Source: Clostridium sp.
GTDB taxonomy: Bacteria > Bacillota > Clostridia > Clostridiales > Clostridiaceae
Direction of reading: 5' to 3'
Assembly: GCF_047718555.1 (NCBI RefSeq)
Contig: NZ_JBDNRK010000011.1
Coordinates: forward strand, 26,209-90,208
Length of the DNA: 64,000 nt
The translations under genes were made by a program, and so were the position numbers. The notes under the pieces are model-generated. The model did not search any database. It was not told the DNA's origin and saw only the letters and a program-made list of their open reading frames with translations. Below are positions 40,797 to 48,937 of this stretch, in pieces (position 1 is the stretch's first letter; each line of letters opens with the position of its first letter).

Positions 40797-41051
40797 TCAT
40801 TCAAGTATTTTTCCATCTTCTATTTTTCTGATTTCTCCATCTATTGCTTTAACCTGTGCTGCTAAGTCGTTTAGCCTAGCATTTAGTTCTTCCAATTCAC
40901 CTACAGTAAGATTATCATGCTTAGACTTCTCTGCTAACTCTCTCATTTGCAGCAGCTTATCTTCAATAATGTCCAACATCTTCTGCCTGTACTGAACCCA
41001 CTGCAATTCCTTTTCTAATTGTTGCTTTAGTCCTTCTTTTTCATTCATCAC
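40797..41051 (-). CDS. Small coiled-coil protein resembling the flagellin N-terminal D1 helices
   Basis: MLDIIEDKLLQMRELAEKSKHDNLT..LEELNARLNDLAAQVKAI aligns by eye to FliC ALNETTSILQRMRELSVQASNDTLN..RGQIQKEVNQLTSEIDRI. Confidence 0.7.
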   Translation of the reverse strand: MMNEKEGLKQQLEKELQWVQYRQKMLDIIEDKLLQMRELAEKSKHDNLTVGELEELNARLNDLAAQVKAIDGEIRKIEDGKILE

Positions 41052-41064
41052 ATCAACTCATTCA

Positions 41065-41099
41065 TTTACCATTTTTCCCAAGTAACAGTTACCCTAGTG
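41065..41099. repeat. Palindromic island site, copy 5 (flanks A.X; perfect core)
   Basis: TTTACCATTTTTCCCAA-GTAACAGTTAC-CCTAGTG. Confidence 0.8.
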
Positions 41100-41120
41100 G
41101 GGTGCGAAGCAGCCTACTTA

Positions 41121-41678
41121 CTACTTCAATCTTTTTAACTTTTTCTCAATTTTCTCAATTTCATTTTTCATTTCTTTAATTTGTTCATTAATGTAAATAT
41201 TTTCGGTTGCACTCCACCATTTCAATAATTCATCTTTATTATCCTCAACTTTATCTTTATATGATTTAATAGGGTAAATAGAATCCAAATTAGTATAAAT
41301 CTTATGAAAACTTATTAATTTGTCATATTCTGTAGCACTAAGTTTAGCTTTTAAAATATTAATGTAAGCTATCCATTCTTTATCTGAATATATTGTATAC
41401 ATCCCAGTTAATACTATACTAACAACACCATCAATGCAATTTTCCTTTAAATAATTAATATTTTGAGCAGCTTGTGTGTGAAAATCTTCTGATACTTTAT
41501 TTATTCTATTTATTTCATGAAAAATTATATTTTTAGATTGTATGCTATTTCTTCTATTATTCATGATGTTTGTTATTTTAAAAGTAATAAATGAAATAAT
41601 AATTGGAAGGAAAAATCCTGAAATAAATAGTTTATAAAAATCATTGCTTAGTATTACAACTAATACATTTTTCAACAT
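41121..41678 (-). CDS. AT-rich hypothetical membrane-anchored protein
   Basis: 185 aa, N-terminal hydrophobic segment, good RBS (GGAGG); family not recognised. Confidence 0.65.
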   Translation of the reverse strand: MLKNVLVVILSNDFYKLFISGFFLPIIISFITFKITNIMNNRRNSIQSKNIIFHEINRINKVSEDFHTQAAQNINYLKENCIDGVVSIVLTGMYTIYSDKEWIAYINILKAKLSATEYDKLISFHKIYTNLDSIYPIKSYKDKVEDNKDELLKWWSATENIYINEQIKEMKNEIEKIEKKLKRLK

Positions 41679-41755
41679 TTTAATCCTCCATCTAACTTAA
41701 AGAAGCCAGAGTTGTTCACCCTGACTCCTTAATAATCCTATTGTAAGTTTATCAA

Positions 41756-43120
41756 TTATCTTAATAATTGAAGAACTTGTTGTGGTTGTTGGTTAGCTTG
41801 AGCAAGCATAGCTTGAGCAGCTTGGCTAAGAATGTTGTTCTTAGAGAATGTTGACATTTCTTTAGCCATGTCTACGTCTCTGATTCTTGATTCGGCTGAT
41901 GTCATGTTTTCACTTGATGTTCCTAAATTAGCTATAGTATGCTCTAATCTATTACTATAAGCACCTAATTTAGCTCTTTCATCTGATACTTTGTCAATAG
42001 CTGTCTGTATAGTCGTAATAGCAGCTGTAGCTTTAGTAGCTGATGTTACATCTATATTATTTACACCTAAAGCAGCAGAACGCATATCATTTACATTTAC
42101 ATTTATTGTTTGGCCTTCATTAGCTCCTATTTGGAAAGTTAAACTATTATCTGCTACTGTTAATTCAAATGTATCGGCATTTGCTGTTCCTGCAGTATCT
42201 ATTTTTGTACCATCTAAACTTCCACCAGTTAAAGTAACTTGAGCACCATGCTTACTATCTGAAATAACTGCTGTAACACCAGCAGGTAAAGAAGTTATAT
42301 TAGCATTTGTACCAGCTGTAGATGCTCCTACAACAGTTGCTGCAGTTCCTGTAGCAGTAAGGGTATATCCTGAACCGTAATCATTAGCTGTAAAAGTAAG
42401 TGCACCTGCTGCTACAGAAGTAGTAAAACCAATTTCGCTTGATTTTGCATTTATAGCTGCAGCCATATCTGCTGCAGCTGTGTTTTGAGCAAAATTAAAA
42501 GAAACACCATTCAACACTAAGTTAGTTGCACCTGCTGCTGTAACACCTGCAACAGCTGCACCTGCTGCTACTGATGTTTTAGTTGCTGCAGCAGTCACTG
42601 TAATACCAGCATAAGTACCACCAATAGCTAAATCACCAGTGTTTAAAACATTTACTTTATTTCCAGTAGCTGTAAAAGCTGTTACTTCAGCAGCTTTGCC
42701 TGAAGAACCATTCAATAAAGTTTTGGTGTTGAATTCTGTAGTATTCCCAATTCTATCAATTTCACTAGTTAACTGATTTACTTCTTTTTGTATTTGTCCC
42801 CTGTCTGTATCATTTAGTGTATCATTTGAAGCTTGAACTGACAACTCTCTCATTCTTTGAAGAATGGAAGTAGTTTCATTAAGCGCACCTTCAGCAGTTT
42901 GCACTAATGAAATACCATCTTGTGCATTACTTGAAGCTTGGTCTAATCCTCTGATTTGACCTCTCATTTTTTCAGATATAGCTAATCCTGCTGCGTCATC
43001 TGATGCACTATTAATTCTAAGACCTGAAGAAAGTTTTTGCATTGATTTGCTTGCATTTGTAGCATTGATATTTGCATTTCTAATAGCATTGTTAGCTGCT
43101 AAATTGTGATTAATTATCAT
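41756..43120 (-). CDS. fliC: Major flagellin (454 aa)
   Basis: MIINHN..LSSGLRINSASDDAAGLAISEKMRGQIRGL; SRIRDVDMAKEM; QQPQQVLQLLR. Confidence 0.97.
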   Translation of the reverse strand: MIINHNLAANNAIRNANINATNASKSMQKLSSGLRINSASDDAAGLAISEKMRGQIRGLDQASSNAQDGISLVQTAEGALNETTSILQRMRELSVQASNDTLNDTDRGQIQKEVNQLTSEIDRIGNTTEFNTKTLLNGSSGKAAEVTAFTATGNKVNVLNTGDLAIGGTYAGITVTAAATKTSVAAGAAVAGVTAAGATNLVLNGVSFNFAQNTAAADMAAAINAKSSEIGFTTSVAAGALTFTANDYGSGYTLTATGTAATVVGASTAGTNANITSLPAGVTAVISDSKHGAQVTLTGGSLDGTKIDTAGTANADTFELTVADNSLTFQIGANEGQTINVNVNDMRSAALGVNNIDVTSATKATAAITTIQTAIDKVSDERAKLGAYSNRLEHTIANLGTSSENMTSAESRIRDVDMAKEMSTFSKNNILSQAAQAMLAQANQQPQQVLQLLR

Positions 43121-43144
43121 AATAAATTCCTCCTTGATTTTAAA

Positions 43145-43163
43145 GTGGACATCCTTGTTCCAC
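43145..43163 (-). promoter_or_regulatory. CsrA-binding hairpin in the fliC leader
   Basis: GTGGA-ACAAGGATG-TCCAC: GGA loop matching the CsrA consensus just upstream of the AGGAGG RBS, as in Bacillus hag; csrA and fliW are in the window. Confidence 0.75.
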
Positions 43164-43404
43164 TGTTTTTTATTTATAGTTAAGCTCTTTGAGCCTACTA
43201 ACTAGATTTTGTTGCTTTTCAACTTGTACTTGTTGACATCTTGTTGCATCTTTGCTGAATTTCATCATCCAGTGTTATCAATGCTTCATGGGCATTGATA
43301 ACAAAATGCTGACTTTCAACACTTCGGCAACCTTCTACCATCATAAAATAAATTAGTTCTCTATAACTTCTATTTTTTATTTTCATCTTTTGTTCTATAT
43401 TTAC

Positions 43405-43432
43405 TTTATCGTATATCTAATATTTTACTTTA
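43405..43432 (-). promoter_or_regulatory. Sigma-28 promoter of fliC
   Basis: TAAA-N16-ACGATAAA, about 285 nt upstream of the ATG. Confidence 0.7.
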
Positions 43433-43491
43433 TAACTTTTTCTAATTTTCTATAATATTTTTTATCTTATATTTTTTTATTTTAAAACTTT

Positions 43492-43833
43492 CTATATTTT
43501 TTTGCTGAATATTACTGTTTTGCCATACAAACTCTTATTGTAGCTATTATTAGCATTCCTTGACACAGAAATCTTTTCCATTTCTGTTCGTAACTTTTCC
43601 TTTTTTTCTGTCATTACGTCCTTTAATCTTTTTTCAATATCAGCTAGTTCAATTTCATTACTAATTGAATTAAATTCCTTCTTAGAACAATTTAAGTTTC
43701 CTATGGCATCTAAAATATTCTGTCTCTTCTGCATAAATTCATCTATTTTATCTAATTTACCACAGTAGAGATTATTTATAATATCTATTGTGACAATTTT
43801 ATAATCATCTAAATACTGTTTTAATGTATTCAT
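43492..43833 (-). CDS. Flagellar chaperone-like protein (FliT-like), likely start MNTLK
   Basis: Helical 113 aa after fliD; KRQNILDAI; RBS GGAG before 43833 (track start 43893). Confidence 0.55.
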   Translation of the reverse strand: MNTLKQYLDDYKIVTIDIINNLYCGKLDKIDEFMQKRQNILDAIGNLNCSKKEFNSISNEIELADIEKRLKDVMTEKKEKLRTEMEKISVSRNANNSYNKSLYGKTVIFSKKI

Positions 43834-43855
43834 CTTACTTCTCCAATCTAAAAGG

Positions 43856-43928
43856 CAGTTGAAAGTAGAGAGTAAATAGTTAATAATTTCCAATCTATTC
43901 TTAAACTGTCAATTATCAACTTTCGACT
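43856..43928. repeat. Degenerate heptamer-arm palindromic element
   Basis: CAGTTGA AAGTAGA GAGTAAA TAGTTAA ... TCAATTA TCAACTT TCGACTA. Confidence 0.55.
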
Positions 43929-43963
43929 AATAAAAAATTTCTTTTAAATTTTTTATTTCAGTA

Positions 43964-45682
43964 TTACATACCAAGCTGTGAAAGCATAGATTGCTGTGAA
44001 TTCAATTGAGTCAGTGCAGTTTCTAGTGCGGAAAACTGTTTATAATATTTTTCCTGCTGATCACTAAACTCAGTATTAAGTTTTTTAAGCAACTGTGTTT
44101 GTTGATACAACTGATCTGGAAGTGTATTATTTCCGCCACCTCCATAAAGGCTATAATTATCTTGGTAATTTGCATATTTTGTTAATATGGCACTATTTAG
44201 AGTTACATTTGTATTACCAGCATTGTTTTCAAATATCCTTTTAATTCTGGTAAAAATTCCATCTTCTTTATATTGTGTAGTACTGCTATCATAATTTGTT
44301 TCGCCATCAGTAGCCGCTGACACATTAGTGAACATCTTTAATATTTGATCACTACTACTTGATATGGCTGCTTTTAGCTTAGATGAATCTACTATATAAA
44401 TATGTGCAGGTTTAGTATAGTCAGTTTTCGATGTATCCAATCCGATACTGTTGCTACCATAAGATCCAAATGAAAACCCAGCATTATTTACAGCTGTGGT
44501 AAATGCTGTCCTAAGATCATTAAGTAGCTTGCTAAGATTATCATCATTTCTAAGAATACCAACCTTAGCTTTAGTTTCCCAAGCTGTAATTTGTGAATCA
44601 CTCATAGAACTTTTTTGTGCATCCGTTAAAGGTTGATAATTATTATCTTTTTTTTCATCAATTTTTGTTTGAATTTCATCTACTATAGTATTATATTTGT
44701 CAATAAAGCTTTTAATTTTATCATATACCTTTTGAGTATCAGAACCCACATTAACTGATACTACTGAAGAAGGATTGGTAGGGTCTGAGCTTAAGCTTGA
44801 CAAGTTATAATTCATTCCGTCTATAGTAAAATTGTTAGTTGACTGGTTAGTAACATTAACTCCAGATGTTTCTCCAGGTGGTGTAATTGTTACATCTGCA
44901 TTTTGACCATGTACTACTGTACCTACCGTATACTCGCCCAAAATACTACTTAAACTTGCTGTAGTCCCACTATTTATTGTTAAACTTGAAGAAGTTCCTG
45001 TAGTAGTGGTATTTAATTTAAAACCACCAGTAAGTTCACTAAAACTTGCTTTTACAAGTCCTCCACCTTGATTGTTTATAGCATTAACTAAGTCTCCTAA
45101 TGTAGAATTACCATCTGTATTATCTAAGGTAACATTAACATCACTAGTCCCTACCTTTAATGCCAATTGAATAGAACCACTTAGTGAACCTATATCCGTC
45201 AATTTTGTAGAAAGTGTTGCTTTTGTTGTTGTTTGAGTACTTGGTGCATATACTGTATTACTTACCCCTGCACCAGCAGCTAACTGTTTAACATGTATTG
45301 AGTATGTCCCTGTTTGAGCTCCAACTCCTGGAGTAAAAGTGGCTACTGATGTGTCAACTGTAGATGTACCAACACCACTTACTGTAAATGGTGAAAAATT
45401 TGTGGATGATAAGATATTTGTATCTGAACTACCTGTGTCAAAAAAGGAACTTTGCAAATCCTTAATATCCTTAATAATCCCCTGATAAGCATCCTGCTTC
45501 CACTGTATTGCCTGTTGATCCTGCTTTGCCTTATCAATTTTACTCTGCTCTGCTATCATCATTTTTTTAACCATAGCATCTACATCTAGTCCAGATGCCA
45601 TACCAGTTATTCTAAGCAATTGTCCGCCACCAGCACCTGTCATACCACTAGGTGTTGATGTTGTTGAAGATATATCACTCAT
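43964..45682 (-). CDS. fliD: Flagellar filament cap protein FliD
   Basis: LRITGMASGLDVDAMV, YQPLTDAQK, QFSALETALTQLNSQ. Confidence 0.95.
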   Translation of the reverse strand: MSDISSTTSTPSGMTGAGGGQLLRITGMASGLDVDAMVKKMMIAEQSKIDKAKQDQQAIQWKQDAYQGIIKDIKDLQSSFFDTGSSDTNILSSTNFSPFTVSGVGTSTVDTSVATFTPGVGAQTGTYSIHVKQLAAGAGVSNTVYAPSTQTTTKATLSTKLTDIGSLSGSIQLALKVGTSDVNVTLDNTDGNSTLGDLVNAINNQGGGLVKASFSELTGGFKLNTTTTGTSSSLTINSGTTASLSSILGEYTVGTVVHGQNADVTITPPGETSGVNVTNQSTNNFTIDGMNYNLSSLSSDPTNPSSVVSVNVGSDTQKVYDKIKSFIDKYNTIVDEIQTKIDEKKDNNYQPLTDAQKSSMSDSQITAWETKAKVGILRNDDNLSKLLNDLRTAFTTAVNNAGFSFGSYGSNSIGLDTSKTDYTKPAHIYIVDSSKLKAAISSSSDQILKMFTNVSAATDGETNYDSSTTQYKEDGIFTRIKRIFENNAGNTNVTLNSAILTKYANYQDNYSLYGGGGNNTLPDQLYQQTQLLKKLNTEFSDQQEKYYKQFSALETALTQLNSQQSMLSQLGM

Positions 45683-45705
45683 TTAAATCTCTCCTTCCTT
45701 TTATT

Positions 45706-45875
45706 CAGTTAAGAGTTAAAAGGGAAGAGTGAAGAGTTATGGATAATTTTTCTCCGCTTCACTGCGGAAAATTTAAATTAAAGATTTTTAGCACAGCTAA
45801 AAATCATCCTACACTTCTAACTCTTAATTCTTAACTCTTAGCTATTTCTCTCTTTAATCTTTTAACTCTTAATTG
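45706..45875. repeat. Heptamer-arm palindromic dispersed element with two internal hairpins (copy A)
   Basis: 7-bp periodic arms (AGTTAAG / CTCTTAA) flanking TCCGC-ttcact-GCGGA and ATTTTTAGC-aca-GCTAAAAAT. Confidence 0.8.
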
Positions 45876-45880
45876 TTTTT

Positions 45881-46264
45881 TTATTTTCCCTTAGAAACCT
45901 TATACGCCTCTTTCCACATATCCCTAACCTGCTCAATAAAAGGCATGGCCTCATCTAAAGTTTCAACACTCTTCTTCATATTAGCCTCTGTAAGCTTTTC
46001 TACTATAAATTGATACAATGCCCTTAAGCTTTCTCCCCAATTTCCAGCCTTTGAAACATCTAGAGATGCCATAAGTTCATAAAATATATCCTGAGTTTTA
46101 ACTAAATTCTTATGTGACTCCTGTATATTCTTATCCAGTAAAGCTTGTCTTGCTTTACCAGCAAATTTCACTGCTCCGCCTAAAAGCATCAGCAATAACT
46201 GTTCTTTAGAAGCAAAATTAACACTGTTATTTTTGTAAGTATTATAGGCATTAGCTGCGTACAT
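45881..46264 (-). CDS. fliS: Flagellar chaperone FliS
   Basis: AYNTYKNNSV..ASKEQLLLML, QDIFYELMASLD, LRALYQF. Confidence 0.95.
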   Translation of the reverse strand: MYAANAYNTYKNNSVNFASKEQLLLMLLGGAVKFAGKARQALLDKNIQESHKNLVKTQDIFYELMASLDVSKAGNWGESLRALYQFIVEKLTEANMKKSVETLDEAMPFIEQVRDMWKEAYKVSKGK

Positions 46265-46275
46265 AACTATACCTC

Positions 46276-46566
46276 CTATTTTTTTGTATCCAAATATATA
46301 CCAATATCCTCCAAGCTGACCTTACTATCCTTAAAAGCATCCACTTCTAGGCTTTCACTTTTAACAGCCTGGACAATAATTTTCTTTTTACCTTTTTTAA
46401 ACTTTGACATTACCTGCTCAAATTTATCGTCTCTACTATTATCGTTTTTATCTGAATTAACTTTATTTATTTTTACATTTCCATTACTGTGTACTTTACC
46501 TTCTTTTCTCTTCTCGTTAATTCTCTGTCTTATTTCCACATCTATTTTATTTAATCTGAATTCCAT
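46276..46566 (-). CDS. Hypothetical flagellar-operon protein
   Basis: ORF with RBS, lies between flaG and fliS. Confidence 0.65.
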   Translation of the reverse strand: MEFRLNKIDVEIRQRINEKRKEGKVHSNGNVKINKVNSDKNDNSRDDKFEQVMSKFKKGKKKIIVQAVKSESLEVDAFKDSKVSLEDIGIYLDTKK

Positions 46567-46586
46567 AGAAACACCCCCAAGAAATG

Positions 46587-46733
46587 CAGTTGAGAGTTAA
46601 AAGTGAATAGTGAAGAGTTATAGATAATTTTTCTACGTTTCACTGAGAAAAATTTAAATTTCAATTAAAAATTTTTAGCAAAGCTAAAAATCATCCTAAA
46701 CTATTAACTCTTAATTCTTAACTCTTCACTCTA
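46587..46733. repeat. Heptamer-arm palindromic dispersed element (copy B)
   Basis: Colinear with 45706-45875: same arms and the same TTTTTAGC..GCTAAAAATCATCCTA core. Confidence 0.8.
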
Positions 46734-47108
46734 CTAAGCTTTCTTATCCATTATAATCCCTACTGAATTATAAAGATTTTCCATAGCATCTACTACTTGT
46801 TTTGCTGGTATTTGTGTTACTACTTCATCTGTTTTGTTGTCCATTATCTTTATTACTGCATTCCACATGCCTTTGTGAGCTTCATATTCTACATGAGTAT
46901 TTTCTCCATCCAAAAGCTTATTCATTTTATCTACAACATCTTTTACTTGACTTTCTGTAATTTGTCCGTCTTGAGTTTTATTTTCAGCACTATTTTGTTT
47001 GCCATTATTTGAATTACTTGTATTTACATATACATTTTTTTCATTACTGATAGTTTGTGACGATCCTGAAGTTGCTAGTCTTCCTTGACTAATGTTGCTA
47101 ACATCCAT
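46734..47108 (-). CDS. flaG: FlaG family protein
   Basis: VDKMNKLL..ENTHVEY..H....VIKIMD.KTDEVV.QIP. Confidence 0.85.
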   Translation of the reverse strand: MDVSNISQGRLATSGSSQTISNEKNVYVNTSNSNNGKQNSAENKTQDGQITESQVKDVVDKMNKLLDGENTHVEYEAHKGMWNAVIKIMDNKTDEVVTQIPAKQVVDAMENLYNSVGIIMDKKA

Positions 47109-47130
47109 ATTAACACACCTCTATTTTAAA

Positions 47131-47355
47131 TTATTTTTTTATATTCTTTAAAATCGATTTTTCAAAAACTACCGCATTTTTGTTTTCTTCCTCTACTTCC
47201 TTGTAGAGTTCTCCGCGAAGGATTACTACTTCCTTTGGAGCATCTATTGCAATCTTCACAGAGCCATCATCTATTTTTATAATTTTAACTTCTATATTAT
47301 CTCCTATACGTATGGATTCATCTTTCTTTCTTGTAATTACGAGCATAAAACTCAC
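47131..47355 (-). CDS. csrA: Carbon storage regulator CsrA (likely start MLVI at 47346)
   Basis: [22 protein letters not shown]; [13 protein letters not shown]. Confidence 0.95.
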   Translation of the reverse strand: MSFMLVITRKKDESIRIGDNIEVKIIKIDDGSVKIAIDAPKEVVILRGELYKEVEEENKNAVVFEKSILKNIKK

Positions 47356-47777
47356 TCCTTAAATAAGGGATACTTTATTTCATATTTTTCATCATTTAGT
47401 ATTATTTGTTCCCCTAATTTAGTCTTTATATTTATTACTATAGGAGCCTTTAAATTAGAAGTTATTTTTGATACCTCTGAGCTTAAAGTAACTGTGTTAA
47501 AGATTAAAACATCCTTTTCTTCTTTTATATCTAAGTCCTTTAGCACAGCATCATTTAGTTCTATTTCATAGTCTTTTTTTACATTAAAAGGTGATACAAC
47601 TATAAAACCTATATTATTATCCTCTACAGAATGCAGCACACTGAAAAAATCATTTTCTTCCGCAGGAAAGAGTACAAATTTTTTTAAATCCTGAAAACCT
47701 GGAATTCCCTTTTTAAAATATATTATTTCTTCTTCCTTGTATTCAATTGTTCCATGATATTTTGTTTTAAGCTCCAT
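47352..47777 (-). CDS. fliW: Flagellar assembly factor FliW (likely start MELKT)
   Basis: [29 protein letters not shown]. Confidence 0.92.
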   Translation of the reverse strand: MELKTKYHGTIEYKEEEIIYFKKGIPGFQDLKKFVLFPAEENDFFSVLHSVEDNNIGFIVVSPFNVKKDYEIELNDAVLKDLDIKEEKDVLIFNTVTLSSEVSKITSNLKAPIVINIKTKLGEQIILNDEKYEIKYPLFKE

Positions 47778-47797
47778 AAAATTCACCCTTCTATTTA

Positions 47798-47839
47798 TGA
47801 GTTGAAAGTTGGCAGTCACTTTCAACTTTCAATTCTCCA
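47798..47839. repeat. Minimal heptamer-arm palindrome
   Basis: GAGTTGAAAGTTG / CAACTTTCAATTC, 12/13 inverted match, 7-bp period. Confidence 0.65.
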
Positions 47840-47845
47840 CTGCTT

Positions 47846-48886
47846 CTATCTAAGGTAGTCCAAAAGTGAAGGTTGCAGCACCCTTGCACTGGTCTGAAGT
47901 GCTGCGGTGTATACAGTTTGAGCCGTAGCATACTCCATAGTCTTTTGGGTTATATCTATATCCTCTGTCTTTGATAGTATTGTAGTGAGATTTTGCGTTT
48001 GAGCATCATTACTATCAGCTGCATCTTTCATTCTATTTGCCTTTGCTCCTACCTCTGAACGAAGTCTCAATACATTATTAGCTGCATCCTGTATACCTTG
48101 TAAATCAGCTGTAGTTAAAAGGCTTGTAGGGCTGGCAGCTCCCGATGCTGGCGCTGAGCCATCTGCATTTTTTCCATCTAAATGATTTACAATGGACTGA
48201 AGTAAATCTTTTAAATCTGTAGGACTACTTGGTGAAGAAGTTCCGCTGCCATATTGTAAAATATCTGTGGCAGATACACTGTAATCCATGGTAACTCCCT
48301 GGGATATTTCTGTAGAAAGCTTTTGCTGTATCATGCCAAGGGCCTTATTATTCTGGTTAAGCTGTGCCGCTGTAAGGGTTACACCATTAGCAGTGCTATT
48401 AGGCAAATTATACATTAGTTGTGTGTTTCCATTACTATCTGTAATTGCAGCAGTAGCTTTTGCATCTGATCTTGTGCCTGAAAATATATATTTCCCATCA
48501 AAATTAGTATTCAGTGTTTGAGAAAGACCACTTATTATCTGATTTATTTCATCCTTTACAGATTGATTTTCATCATTACTGTATCCAGGATCTCCAGTAG
48601 AAACTAAAAGTTCATTTATTCGAGAGAGAGCGTTTCCTACCTGACCTAAAGTGGTATCCGTAGTATCAAGCCAATTAGAAGCATCCTTTATATTACTTTT
48701 GTATTGGGAATTGGCACCCAGCTGTGAATTAAGCTGCATAGATCTTGAAGCTATAAAGGGGTCATCTGATGCTTTGCTTATAAGTTTTCCTGATGTCATC
48801 TGCTGCTGTATTTTTTGCATATTTTGAAGATTATTCTGCATATCAGATAAAAAATTATTTGTTAACATATTATTTGTAATTCTCAT
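47846..48886 (-). CDS. flgL: Hook-filament junction protein FlgL
   Basis: MRITNNM, TSGK.ISKASDDP, GKYIFSG, YTAALQTSARVLQPSLLDYL. Confidence 0.95.
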   Translation of the reverse strand: MRITNNMLTNNFLSDMQNNLQNMQKIQQQMTSGKLISKASDDPFIASRSMQLNSQLGANSQYKSNIKDASNWLDTTDTTLGQVGNALSRINELLVSTGDPGYSNDENQSVKDEINQIISGLSQTLNTNFDGKYIFSGTRSDAKATAAITDSNGNTQLMYNLPNSTANGVTLTAAQLNQNNKALGMIQQKLSTEISQGVTMDYSVSATDILQYGSGTSSPSSPTDLKDLLQSIVNHLDGKNADGSAPASGAASPTSLLTTADLQGIQDAANNVLRLRSEVGAKANRMKDAADSNDAQTQNLTTILSKTEDIDITQKTMEYATAQTVYTAALQTSARVLQPSLLDYLR

Positions 48887-48937
48887 ATTTTCACCTCTTA
48901 TAATTTATAGAAGGTATCTTTTCCACCTAAAATAAAG

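Noticed and set aside
26922-41099. The five sites as a CRISPR array or classic integron attC sites
   Set aside because: Spacing is irregular (82 bp to kilobases), no cas genes are present, and there is no RYYYAAC...GTTRRRY attC architecture.
43919-43946. Apparent sigma-28 promoter TAAA-N16-TCGAAAGT
   Set aside because: The -10 match is poor and lies inside the heptamer repeat arm, so it is probably coincidental.
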